Source: a candidate division WOR-3 bacterium
Lineage (GTDB): Bacteria > Hydrothermota > Tepidihabitantia > Tepidihabitantales > Tepidihabitantaceae
Reading direction: 5' to 3'
Assembly (NCBI GenBank): GCA_037441285.1
Contig: JBBISL010000007.1
Location: forward strand, 1 to 64,000
Length of the DNA: 64,000 nt
Both the position numbers and the translations under genes were made by a program. Shown piece after piece: positions 26,862-35,781 of this stretch (positions are counted from its first letter, which is position 1; each line of letters starts with the position of its first letter). The notes under the pieces are model-generated. The model saw nothing but the letters and a program-made list of their open reading frames with translations, searched no databases and was not told where the DNA came from.

Positions 26862-27887
26862 TTATCTTGTTACAACCGGTCCGTGGAAATAGCCAATTTC
26901 CGGGTAACGGCAGAACCCGCCCTTACCGTCTTCAAAATAGAAGTAATAGTTGTGGAACGCGCTCGGATAAAGCCGGGTTTGGTACCGGTAAAGACCGGTG
27001 TGGGGTTTGCCGTTGACCAGACGCATCTCAAAAGGTTCGCCATTTATATAGATTTCGGCTCGAGCCGGTGGGTCGTTGTTCGGGTCGCGGTATTCTACAT
27101 AGTAGGTAAAAACGGTGTTGGGATAGCCAGCCGCGGGTTCAACCTTTTCACCCATCAACGCTGGCGAGCGGTTTTCCAGTTCGCCGACGCTCGGACCGAA
27201 GATGACGCCGTACTTGGGATGGAGCACGCAGGAACCGCAATCGTCAATCGCCGCAAAGTAGTACACATGGTTACCCGGGGTTAAAGTGGTTTTGTGGTAA
27301 TAGATTCCGGCCGCGGGTGTACCCTGAAGAAGTGTCATATCGTAGGGTATCCCGTCAATTACTACGCGCACCGCCTTTGGGTTTTTGCCGTCCTTATCGA
27401 GATACTCAACGGTAAATGTGTACATATTGGTCCCGGTGAAATAATCTTCATGAACGCCACCGTTACTAAGCACCGGTAGCCGGTCGTAAACCTGTTTGCC
27501 AGTGCCCACATACGGTCCGGGTTTTTCGCCGTAGCGAGGGAAGCGAATTGACATTCCCCGCACATCCTCGGCGTAGAAGTAGTACTTGTGTTCACCCGGG
27601 GGCAGGGTCAACCGTGCCTGATAAATACCGGCGGATGGCTTGCCTTTTACACGGCGCATTGGATAAGCGATGCCATCGATATAAACTTCAACCTTTGCCG
27701 GCGGGTCGTTGTCCGGGTCAGAATACCGGACCTGGGCGATATAAACATTTCTGGCGCTTCCCTGAATTGGCGTTATCTTTGCCCCGCAAAGGCAGGGGCT
27801 GTTGTTTGCCATCTCGGCAAAAACGGGCAGGGTAAGAGCCAGAAACATTATCGCAGCTGCCGCAAAAGCGATACCTTCTTTGCGCAT
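26862..27887 (-). CDS. Secreted hypothetical protein of three ~100-aa Ig-like repeats
   Basis: SD AAAGGAGG before ATG 27887, signal peptide; three copies of Y.D....P......I(D/N)G....M....G.P..G.Y...H.YYF...D..G....P..G...GP.V. Confidence 0.8.
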   Translation of the reverse strand: MRKEGIAFAAAAIMFLALTLPVFAEMANNSPCLCGAKITPIQGSARNVYIAQVRYSDPDNDPPAKVEVYIDGIAYPMRRVKGKPSAGIYQARLTLPPGEHKYYFYAEDVRGMSIRFPRYGEKPGPYVGTGKQVYDRLPVLSNGGVHEDYFTGTNMYTFTVEYLDKDGKNPKAVRVVIDGIPYDMTLLQGTPAAGIYYHKTTLTPGNHVYYFAAIDDCGSCVLHPKYGVIFGPSVGELENRSPALMGEKVEPAAGYPNTVFTYYVEYRDPNNDPPARAEIYINGEPFEMRLVNGKPHTGLYRYQTRLYPSAFHNYYFYFEDGKGGFCRYPEIGYFHGPVVTR

Positions 27888-28017
27888 TCTTCCTCCTTTT
27901 AGATTGCAGCTTGCCAAGTTAGATAAATTATAAGTTGAAGTTGTTCAATGTCAAGCAAAGGATTGCGGCAAATAAAATACCGGTTTGACAGCCCACAAGG
28001 CTGATTTATCATTAACT

Positions 28018-28707
28018 GTGCAAGTTTTTGTTGGTACCTCAGGCTGGTTCTACTCCTGGAACTTAGAGCGCCGGCTCGACTGGTTTGTTGCCCGGTCGGG
28101 TCTGAATGCGGTGGAACTGAACGCCTCGTTTTACCGGTTTCCGTTTCCGAACCAAGTTAAATCCTGGGCAAATAAGGGCAAAAATTTACGCTGGGCGGTG
28201 AAGGTTTCCCGGCTGGTCACGCACCGGTATCGGTTTACCGAAGAGGGTTATAAAGTCTGGGAAAGGTTTCGTGCGCTCTTTGAACCACTAAATTCCCTGA
28301 TTGATTTTTATTTATTTCAACTTCCACCTCAGTTGACCCCGCAAACGAAGCAACAAATGGGCGATTTTGCTCGCCAGACCGGTTTGGGCAAAAGGTTTGC
28401 CCTTGAGTGCCGGAACAACGAATGGTTTAACCCCGAGACCGAAATCTGGGCAAAGGAACTGGGAATTACCCTGGTTTCGGTAGATGCGCCGACGCTCGCC
28501 CGCGAGATTTTCAACAGTTCCGGGCTGATTTATCTCCGGATGCACGGCAGGGATGGCTGGTATCACCACAATTACACCAGCCGTGAGTTACGAGAAGTGG
28601 TCCGAAAAGTCCGGGCGAAGAAACCGAAGGCGGTTTATGTTTTCTTCAACAACGATGAGAATATGCTAAAGAATGCCCGGACGATGCTCAAACTGCTTTC
28701 CACCTGA
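28018..28707 (+). CDS. DUF72-family protein
   Basis: VGTSGW.Y, VELNASFYRFP, LFQLPP, ALECRN..W, YLRMHG, YVFFNND; GTG 28018 is 5 nt after TTGACA-N16-TATCAT. Confidence 0.9.
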   Translation: MQVFVGTSGWFYSWNLERRLDWFVARSGLNAVELNASFYRFPFPNQVKSWANKGKNLRWAVKVSRLVTHRYRFTEEGYKVWERFRALFEPLNSLIDFYLFQLPPQLTPQTKQQMGDFARQTGLGKRFALECRNNEWFNPETEIWAKELGITLVSVDAPTLAREIFNSSGLIYLRMHGRDGWYHHNYTSRELREVVRKVRAKKPKAVYVFFNNDENMLKNARTMLKLLST

Positions 28708-29019
28708 ACGGTGCCCGGTACCGGTGAAATGGGGTGCCGTTAAGTACCGTGATTACCCTTAATCAGGAACGAGAGCGATTTGTTTGTAACATAGCATCAC
28801 AGGATAATGTCCGATTTGAGGTGTTTGAACTTTCGGGCAGGCTTGTGTTAGAACGGTGGGTTTGGAAGAGAGCCCGGGAAGGTGTCGTCGGGTTTAACTA
28901 AGGGGTACGAAATAGTTAGAATACTGTTGAACAAGGTGTTGCTTTGGCGGTTTGGCGCAACAACAGGACCAAAGGAGGGAAGGCAACCTGTATCAGATAA
29001 GTCAATTAGGTATACTCCC

Positions 29020-29091
29020 GGTAACGGTTCAGGGAACGGTTCCCCCAACGACTCCCGGAATGATTCACTCTCTGATTCCCCGAATGATACC
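29020..29091 (+). repeat. Six degenerate 12-bp tandem units
   Basis: ggtaacggttca/gggaacggttcc/cccaacgactcc/cggaatgattca/ctctctgattcc/ccgaatgatacc. Confidence 0.5.
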
Positions 29092-29267
29092 GAATGCCCA
29101 TTCAGGGTTTAATAAGAACAAAGCAGGGTTGGTGCTCCCCTCACCCCGACTCCTCCCGCAAGGGGCGAGGAGAAAGGGAAGAGGATGACCAGACCAGTTT
29201 AATGAGATACGACCGAGAAAGGTTAGGTGCTTTTGAAAAACAGGATGGTTAATTTGTGTTGTAAAAC

Positions 29268-29296
29268 TGGACAGGGGCAAATTACAGAGTTATAAT
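29268..29296 (+). promoter_or_regulatory. Promoter TGGACA-N17-TATAAT of the flx-hdr cluster
   Basis: Perfect -10, 13 nt before ATG 29310; no SD. Confidence 0.6.
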
Positions 29297-29309
29297 TCTG
29301 ACTTCAACT

Positions 29310-29738
29310 ATGGCGGAGTCATCTTCATTTGAGCCTAAGATTGTAGCGTTTCTGTGTAACTGGTGTTCTTATGCCGGTGCAGACCTTGCCGGTATTTCCC
29401 GGATGCAGTATCCACCCAATGTGCGGGTTTTGCGGGTTCCCTGTTCAGGCAGGGTTGACCCGTTTTTTATTTTACAGGCATTACAGCAGGGTGCGGACGG
29501 TGTTTTAGTTTCAGGATGCCATCCGGGAGACTGCCATTATCTGACCGGTAATTATGTTGCCCGGCGGCGGTTCGCGGTTTTAAACGACCTCCTTGAGTTC
29601 TGCGGAATTGAACCGGGCAGAGTGACATTTGCCTGGGTTTCAGCATCCGAGGGCGAGCGTTTTGCGCTTTTGGTGCGCGAGGTGACGGAAAAGGTTCGGC
29701 AGCTTGGTCCGAATCGAAAGCTAATAAAGGAGCAGTGA
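29310..29738 (+). CDS. flxD: MvhD/FlxD [2Fe-2S] subunit
   Basis: FLCNWCSYAGADLAG, RVPCSGRV, GCHPGDCHY..GN, WVSASEG. Confidence 0.9.
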   Translation: MAESSSFEPKIVAFLCNWCSYAGADLAGISRMQYPPNVRVLRVPCSGRVDPFFILQALQQGADGVLVSGCHPGDCHYLTGNYVARRRFAVLNDLLEFCGIEPGRVTFAWVSASEGERFALLVREVTEKVRQLGPNRKLIKEQ

Positions 29739-29741
29739 ACG

Positions 29742-30575
29742 GTGAGTAAGGTGGAACGGTTGCGGCAGCGGGCAAAAGAGTTACTGGAACGGCAGGAGGT
29801 GGTCGTGGTTCTCGGTTACAGGGCGAGTTCGCGGCCTGGAATTTCTCAGGCGGCGTTTATAACCCAAAAAGAGGATGCTCGTCACCTGATATTTGATTCA
29901 ACCTGCAGTCAGAATCTGGCGAATTACCTGTTGAAGGTAAAAGGTAAAGGAAGGGTGGCGGTGGTGGCACGGGGTTGCGACTCCCGGTCAATTGTGGTTC
30001 TTTTGCAGGAAAAGCAGATTGAGAGGGAAAAGGTCTACATTCTGGGTGTGAGTTGTGAAGGCGTTGTGGTGCAAGGGGAAAAGTCGGTCGCCTGCAGGAG
30101 TTGCCGATATCCGAATCCGGTGATTTATGACGAGATGATAGGAGAAGAGGTGCATTTTGAGCCGGAGACGGTGGACGATGAGTTTGACCAGTTGACGCCG
30201 GATGAACGGTGGGAGGTTTTGAGTGCGGAGGTGGAGCGGTGTATTCGGTGTTATGCCTGTCGCCAGGTGTGTCCCAACTGTTACTGTCCGGTGTGTTTTG
30301 TTGATGCCTCGATGCCGGCGCTGGTTGGTAAGACGCACAATGTTTCGGACAACATGGTGTTTCACATTATGCGGGCGCTGCATATGGCGGGCCGGTGTGT
30401 CGAGTGCGGTGCGTGCCATCGTGCCTGCCCGATGGGGATTAACCTGATGCGGTTTAATCGGCAGGTGGCAAAGATTGTCCGGGAGCGGTTCGGGCTGGTT
30501 GCCGGTGCCAAGCCGGATGAGATGCCCGCACTGACGATTTTTAAGCCCGAAGACCCGCAGGAGTTTATCCGATGA
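29742..30575 (+). CDS. flxC: FlxC-like 4Fe-4S protein
   Basis: RGCDSRS, CIRCYACRQVCPNCYC..C, HMAGRCVECGACHRACP. Confidence 0.75.
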   Translation: MSKVERLRQRAKELLERQEVVVVLGYRASSRPGISQAAFITQKEDARHLIFDSTCSQNLANYLLKVKGKGRVAVVARGCDSRSIVVLLQEKQIEREKVYILGVSCEGVVVQGEKSVACRSCRYPNPVIYDEMIGEEVHFEPETVDDEFDQLTPDERWEVLSAEVERCIRCYACRQVCPNCYCPVCFVDASMPALVGKTHNVSDNMVFHIMRALHMAGRCVECGACHRACPMGINLMRFNRQVAKIVRERFGLVAGAKPDEMPALTIFKPEDPQEFIR

Positions 30576-31618
30576 AGGTGTTTTTGAAGCACGATGATTT
30601 GAAGAAACTTCTTGAAGGAATCGCCCGGGAGGGCAGGCTGTTTGCACCGGTGAAGAAAGACTGGTATTCAGGCTGGGCGCGAGTGAGTTCGATGGGTGAG
30701 ATTGTATTGAGAGGCGAGCAAGCCCAATTAAAAGGTGAAGAGGTCAACAGCCGGGAGCCGGCAAAGGTTTTTGTGTTTCCCCAAAGTGAGGTGATGTTTG
30801 AGTTTGATGAGGAGCGGGCGGTGGAGGCTACTGAGGTGCCGGCGGTGGTGGTTTTCGGGTTGCGGTCATGCGATGGGAGAGCGATGGCGTTTTTAGAGCG
30901 GTTTTTTGTCGAAAATAGGCCAGAAGACCCATTGGTACGGCAGAGGCGGGAGAAGGCAACTTTGATCGGGGTCGCCTGCAACAGTCCGGCGGACAGCTGT
31001 TTCTGCACGGCGGTGGGTGGCGGACCACACGAGCGCAAGGGTCTGGATGTTCTATTAAGGGAGGTAAACGGCGGTTTTTTAGGCGAGGCGGAGACCGAGA
31101 AGGGTGAAAAACTTTTAGCGGGGTTTCCGGCGGCGAACGAAAAGGATGAGGCAGAGGCGGAAAAGCGGCGCCAGGAGGCAGAGGGGAAAATGGCGCTGAG
31201 GATTGACCTCAAACGGCTGAAAGAGGTGCTGGATAAAGGGTTTAATTCACCGGTCTGGGAGCGGCTTGCCCTGGAGTGCGTGAATTGCGGTGCCTGCACA
31301 TTTCTCTGTCCGACCTGCCACTGTTTTGATGTTACCGACGAAACGGTGCGGGGTAAGAAAAAGAGAAGCCGGGTGTGGGATTCGTGCCAGTTCACTCTCT
31401 ACTCCCAGCACGCTTCTGGACACAACCCCCGGCTCAATCCTGCCGCCCGTTACCGCAATCGGGTTATGGACAAGTTTAAGTACACCGTGGATATGGTTGG
31501 TGAACTGTCGTGTGTTGGGTGCGGGCGGTGTGTGCGGGTTTGTCCTGCCGGGATTGACATCCGGGTAGCGGTAGCAGAGATTTTAAGGGAAGAAGAGGCA
31601 GGGAAAGATGGGCAATAA
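30572..31618 (+). CDS. flxB: FlxB/AsrA-like 4Fe-4S protein
   Basis: GLRSCD, CFC, CVNCGACTFLCPTCHCF, R.WDSC, CVGCGRCVRVCP. Confidence 0.8.
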   Translation: MKVFLKHDDLKKLLEGIAREGRLFAPVKKDWYSGWARVSSMGEIVLRGEQAQLKGEEVNSREPAKVFVFPQSEVMFEFDEERAVEATEVPAVVVFGLRSCDGRAMAFLERFFVENRPEDPLVRQRREKATLIGVACNSPADSCFCTAVGGGPHERKGLDVLLREVNGGFLGEAETEKGEKLLAGFPAANEKDEAEAEKRRQEAEGKMALRIDLKRLKEVLDKGFNSPVWERLALECVNCGACTFLCPTCHCFDVTDETVRGKKKRSRVWDSCQFTLYSQHASGHNPRLNPAARYRNRVMDKFKYTVDMVGELSCVGCGRCVRVCPAGIDIRVAVAEILREEEAGKDGQ

Positions 31619-32477
31619 TCCTTATAAGCCTGTACCGGTGCGGATTGAGCGGGTGACGATTGAAAATGACGCCCGGGATTTAAAGAGTTTTGACCTGCGG
31701 TTTGTTGATGAAGGGGAAAGGGAGAAGTGGAATTTTTTGCCCGGGCAGTTTGTCTTTCTTTCCATTGCCGGGGTGGGTGAAGCGCCGTTCGGGATTGCCA
31801 GCGCCCCGGATGAGGAGTTGTTGAAGTTTACCGTGAAGCGAGTCGGTGCTTTTACCACGGCTTTGCACGAGATGGAAGAGGGCATGGTGATCGGCGTGCG
31901 GGGACCGTTCGGGTCAGCATATCCGTTCGAACTGATGCAAAAGCGGGATGTTTTAATTGTATCGGGCGGTTTTTCCTTCACCACCCTGCGCGCAGTGATT
32001 GTCCACATTTTGAAAAAAGAGAACCGACCAAATTACGGCAGGCTGGTTGTGGTTTACGGCGCCCGAACACCGGGAGAACTGCTTTACAAAGAGGAGTTAA
32101 GAGCGTGGAGCAAAAGCCCGGAGCTGGAGTTGAATTTGTGCGCGGACCGCGTCTGCGGCGCGGACTTTTTTGCTCAGGGTAATGAGGGCGAAACAGCGGT
32201 GCAGGAGGGTTTGGTGCCCGATATTTTGAAGGGGGTGAAGATTGAAGTGGGTAATGCGGTGGCGCTGGTGTGTGGACCGCCAATAATGCTACGCTATACC
32301 CATCCGGTTTTGAAAGAGATGGGGTTTAAGCCCGAGCAGGTTTTCCTGTCGCTGGAGAATCGGATGAAGTGCGGGATTGGTAAGTGCGGGCGCTGTAATA
32401 TTGGACCGAAATATGTGTGCAAAGATGGTCCGGTCTTCTCTTTTGAGGAGTTGTTGCGTTTGCCCGAGGAGTATTGA
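31608..32477 (+). CDS. flxA: FlxA/AsrB-like FAD/NAD(P)-binding [2Fe-2S] oxidoreductase
   Basis: PGQF..LS..GVGEAPFGIAS, RGPFG, GGFSFTTLR, VCGPPIM, LENRMKCGIGKCGRC...VCKDGPVF. Confidence 0.85.
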   Translation: MGNNPYKPVPVRIERVTIENDARDLKSFDLRFVDEGEREKWNFLPGQFVFLSIAGVGEAPFGIASAPDEELLKFTVKRVGAFTTALHEMEEGMVIGVRGPFGSAYPFELMQKRDVLIVSGGFSFTTLRAVIVHILKKENRPNYGRLVVVYGARTPGELLYKEELRAWSKSPELELNLCADRVCGADFFAQGNEGETAVQEGLVPDILKGVKIEVGNAVALVCGPPIMLRYTHPVLKEMGFKPEQVFLSLENRMKCGIGKCGRCNIGPKYVCKDGPVFSFEELLRLPEEY

Positions 32478-32589
32478 ATTATGGAAGATACCAGCAAGGG
32501 TATGATTGGGCTTGCCAGATGTCCCGGGTGGGTTAAGATATTGTTCTTGATGCGGCGCAGAGATTTACCGCCAATTTGGGAGCAACGGT

Positions 32590-32979
32590 ATGAATAGAAC
32601 ACCTGAAGAGGTGGTGCGCGAAATTGAGGCGCTGTCCGGTCAGCGCGTTGCGGACTGTTATCAGTGCGGTTGTTGCAGTGCTGGGTGTCCAATTGGAACG
32701 GCGATGGAACCGCCGCCCAGTAAGGCGATTCGGCTTTTGCAGTTGGGCCGGGTAGATGAGGTGCTCCAGAGCGAGGGAATCTGGCTCTGCGCATCCTGCC
32801 TGGTTTGCGGTACACGCTGTCCCCGAGGTGTGGATTACGCGCGGATTGCCGAGGCGTGTCGGTTATTAATCCTGCGAACGAAGCGCAGTGTTGTTGACCC
32901 GGACCGGGTTGTGCCTGTTGACCTTGATGATGTGCCCCAGCAGGCGTTTATCGCCAGTTTTCGGAAATTTTCGGTATGA
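32590..32979 (+). CDS. hdrC: Heterodisulfide reductase subunit C-like
   Basis: CYQCGCCSAGCP, IWLCASCLVCGTRCPRGVD; possible internal promoter TTGCCA-N16-TAAGAT at 32512-32539. Confidence 0.9.
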   Translation: MNRTPEEVVREIEALSGQRVADCYQCGCCSAGCPIGTAMEPPPSKAIRLLQLGRVDEVLQSEGIWLCASCLVCGTRCPRGVDYARIAEACRLLILRTKRSVVDPDRVVPVDLDDVPQQAFIASFRKFSV

Positions 32980-33839
32980 GGTATCTGTATTATCCCGGGT
33001 GTACGCTGTACTCAAAGGCAAGGAATCTTGACAGATGTGGAAGAAGGACTGCGGAGTTGGTCGGAATAACCCTTGAGGAGTTGCCGTCGTGGAACTGCTG
33101 TGGCGCGATTTATAATACGGGGAGTGATGATATCGCGGGTCAGGTCGGACCGGTGCGGGTTCTGGCAAAGGCAAGCCAATTAGGAGAGAAACTGGTGACA
33201 CTTTGTGCCGCCTGCTACAATGTGTTGAAGCGCGCCGGGGCGCGGCTGAATACACCGGGGAATGAACTGGAGCGACAGCGGGTTCTTGAGTTTGTGGACG
33301 AGAAGATGGAACGGGATGTGAGGGTGGTGCACTATCTTGAGGTGCTGAAAGAGGATATTGGCTGGGAAGGGGTGCGGAGCCGGGTGACAAAGCCGTTGAA
33401 CGGGTTGAAGGTTGCCTCTTATTACGGGTGTTTGATGGTGCGGCCCAAGGAGGTTTTAAGTTTTGATGACCCGGAGAATCCGATGGTGATGGATGGGTTA
33501 ATTGCGGCGCTGGGTGGGGAGCCGGTGCGGTTTGAGTTTAAGGCGGAGTGCTGTGGTGGGTATCTGGTGGTGAATCGGCGCGAGGTGGCAGAGGAGTGTT
33601 CGATGCGGGTTGTGGACAATGCCAGGAACTGGGGAGCGGAACTGATTGTGACAACCTGCCCGCTGTGTCAGTACAATCTTGAGATAGCGCAGAAGCGCCG
33701 AAGAGCAGAACAGTACCTGCCGGTTTTGTATTTTACTCAGCTATTGGGTCTGGCGCTGGGATTGTCCGAGGAAGAACTTGGGTTTGAGGACAATAAGTTG
33801 AGTCCGGTGGGTTTTTTAAAGGGGAAGGGGTTGTTGTGA
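32976..33839 (+). CDS. hdrB: Heterodisulfide reductase subunit B-like (two CCG domains)
   Basis: YYPGC, WNCCG, CAAC, YYGC, CCG, CPLCQYNL. Confidence 0.92.
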   Translation: MRYLYYPGCTLYSKARNLDRCGRRTAELVGITLEELPSWNCCGAIYNTGSDDIAGQVGPVRVLAKASQLGEKLVTLCAACYNVLKRAGARLNTPGNELERQRVLEFVDEKMERDVRVVHYLEVLKEDIGWEGVRSRVTKPLNGLKVASYYGCLMVRPKEVLSFDDPENPMVMDGLIAALGGEPVRFEFKAECCGGYLVVNRREVAEECSMRVVDNARNWGAELIVTTCPLCQYNLEIAQKRRRAEQYLPVLYFTQLLGLALGLSEEELGFEDNKLSPVGFLKGKGLL

Positions 33840-33843
33840 GGTT

Positions 33844-35781
33844 ATGAAGCGGGTTGGTGTTTTTATCTGTCACTGCGGAATTAACATTGCCGGTGTGGTC
33901 AAGGTGCCGGAGTTGCGCGAGCGGGTAAAGAGTTTGCCTGGGGTGGTGAGTTGCATTGACTATGTGTACTGCTGTTCCGACCCGGGGCAGCGGTTGATTC
34001 GGGAGACAATTGAGAAGGAGAAACTGGAAGGGGTGGTTGTTGCCTGCTGTTCGCCGAGTCTGCATGAGGCGACTTTCCGCAAGGCGACCGAGGAGGCGGG
34101 TCTAAACCGGTATCTGTGCGAAATTGCCAATATCCGCGAGCAGTGTTCCTGGGTGACGGCAGACCGGGATGCGGCAACAAGTAAGGCAGAGGGAATTATT
34201 GCGACTGTCGTTGAGAAGGTGCGAATGGATGAGCCGCTGGAGCGGGTAAAGGTGCCGATGAAGAAGCGGTGTCTGGTGGTCGGCGCGGGTATTGCCGGGA
34301 TTCAGGCGGCGCTGGATGTGGCGAATGCGGGTTACGAAGTTGTGCTGGTTGAGAAGGAACCTTCAATTGGCGGTCATATGGCACAGCTGTCCGAGACCTT
34401 TCCGACGCTGGACTGTTCGCAATGCATTTTGACCCCGCGTACTGTGGAGGCGGGCCGACACCCAAAGATTAAGTTGTTTACCTATTCTGAAGTGGTGGAT
34501 GTGGCGGGTTTTGTCGGGAATTTTCGGGTGAAGATTCGGCAGAAGCCGCGTTATGTTGATATTGAAAAATGCACGGGTTGCGGAATCTGCCTTGAGAAGT
34601 GCCCGGTGCGGGTGGAGGCGAGTTTTGACCGGAATCTGACCCGGCGTCGGGCAATTTATCGGCTCTTTCCCCAGGCGGTTCCGAATAAGGTTGTGATTGA
34701 TAGCGAGAACTGCCGGCAGTTGCAGGGAAAGAAGTGCGGGGTGTGTGCAAAGGTGTGTCCGGCTGATGCGATACGATACGACGACCAGGAGCGGTTTATT
34801 GAGGAGGAGGTGGGTGCGATTGTGCTCGCCACCGGGTATGAGCTGTTTGACCAGAAGCGGCTGGGATATTACGGTGGCGGTGCGGTACCGGATGTGATCG
34901 ACGGTCTGGCATTTGAGCGGATTTTATCGGCGTCCGGTCCATTCGCGGGTGAGGTACGCAGGCCTTCGGACGGTAAGGTGCCACAAAGGGTGGTGTTTGT
35001 GCAGTGCGCCGGTTCGCGGGACTCAACTCAGGGTGTGCCTTACTGTTCAAAAATTTGCTGTATGTACACCGCCAAGCATGCGCTACTTTACAAGCATCGG
35101 GTGCATAACGGTGAGGCGATTGTCTGTTACATCGATGTGCGAACCCCGGGTAAGGGTTTTGAGGAGTTTTACCGCCGGGCAACCGACGAAGGGGTACAGT
35201 ATCTGCGCGGCAAAGTTTCCAAGATTTTTCGACGGGGTGATAAGGTGGTGGTCTGGGCCGCAGATACTCTGGCGGGCAAGAAGATTGAGATTGAAGCGGA
35301 TATGGTGGTCTTAGCAACGGCGGTTGTGCCGAATCCGGCTGGTGTTGCGCTGGCGCGTAAGTTGAAAGTAGCGCTGGACGCCAACGGGTTCCAGACCGAA
35401 GCACATCCCAAGTTGCGGCCGGTTGAGACGCTGGCGGCGGGGTTTTTCCTTGCCGGTTGCGGGCAGGGACCAAAGGATATTCCGGAGACCGTGGCACAGG
35501 CGTCGGCTGCCGCTGCCAAGGTACTGTCGATGTTTGGCACAACCGAACTTTACCACGAACCGGTTGTGGCCGAGGTTGATGCGGAGATTTGTGTCGGCTG
35601 CGGCAATTGCGAGCGAACCTGTGCTTATGAAGCGGTAAAGGTTGACCCGGTGCGCGGCAAGGCGGTGGTGCAGTCGGCGATGTGTGAAGGGTGTGGTGCC
35701 TGTGCGGTTTCCTGTCCTTCCGGAGCGATGAATTTAAAGAACTGGACAAAGAAGGCGCTGGCAAGGATGGTGGATGCATGA
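33844..35781 (+). CDS. hdrA: Heterodisulfide reductase subunit A
   Basis: GVFICHCG.NI, ANIREQCSWV, GAGIAG, TFPTLDCS.CI, QCAGSRD..YCSKICC, EAHPKLRPV, C-terminal ferredoxin. Confidence 0.95.
   Translation: MKRVGVFICHCGINIAGVVKVPELRERVKSLPGVVSCIDYVYCCSDPGQRLIRETIEKEKLEGVVVACCSPSLHEATFRKATEEAGLNRYLCEIANIREQCSWVTADRDAATSKAEGIIATVVEKVRMDEPLERVKVPMKKRCLVVGAGIAGIQAALDVANAGYEVVLVEKEPSIGGHMAQLSETFPTLDCSQCILTPRTVEAGRHPKIKLFTYSEVVDVAGFVGNFRVKIRQKPRYVDIEKCTGCGICLEKCPVRVEASFDRNLTRRRAIYRLFPQAVPNKVVIDSENCRQLQGKKCGVCAKVCPADAIRYDDQERFIEEEVGAIVLATGYELFDQKRLGYYGGGAVPDVIDGLAFERILSASGPFAGEVRRPSDGKVPQRVVFVQCAGSRDSTQGVPYCSKICCMYTAKHALLYKHRVHNGEAIVCYIDVRTPGKGFEEFYRRATDEGVQYLRGKVSKIFRRGDKVVVWAADTLAGKKIEIEADMVVLATAVVPNPAGVALARKLKVALDANGFQTEAHPKLRPVETLAAGFFLAGCGQGPKDIPETVAQASAAAAKVLSMFGTTELYHEPVVAEVDAEICVGCGNCERTCAYEAVKVDPVRGKAVVQSAMCEGCGACAVSCPSGAMNLKNWTKKALARMVDA

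Noticed and set aside
28780..28802. Rex/CRP-like site TTGTAACATAGCATCACAG
   Set aside because: Spacing is off by one base and it lies far from the flx promoter.
29020..29091. CRISPR array
   Set aside because: Degenerate 12-mers without spacers; no cas genes or regular repeat-spacer pattern anywhere in the window.
28848..29280. Four short ORFs in the intergenic region
   Set aside because: No SD, low complexity derived from repeats, and mutually overlapping.
32481..32597. 38-aa ORF between flxA and hdrC
   Set aside because: No SD and no motif; it overlaps a candidate internal promoter.
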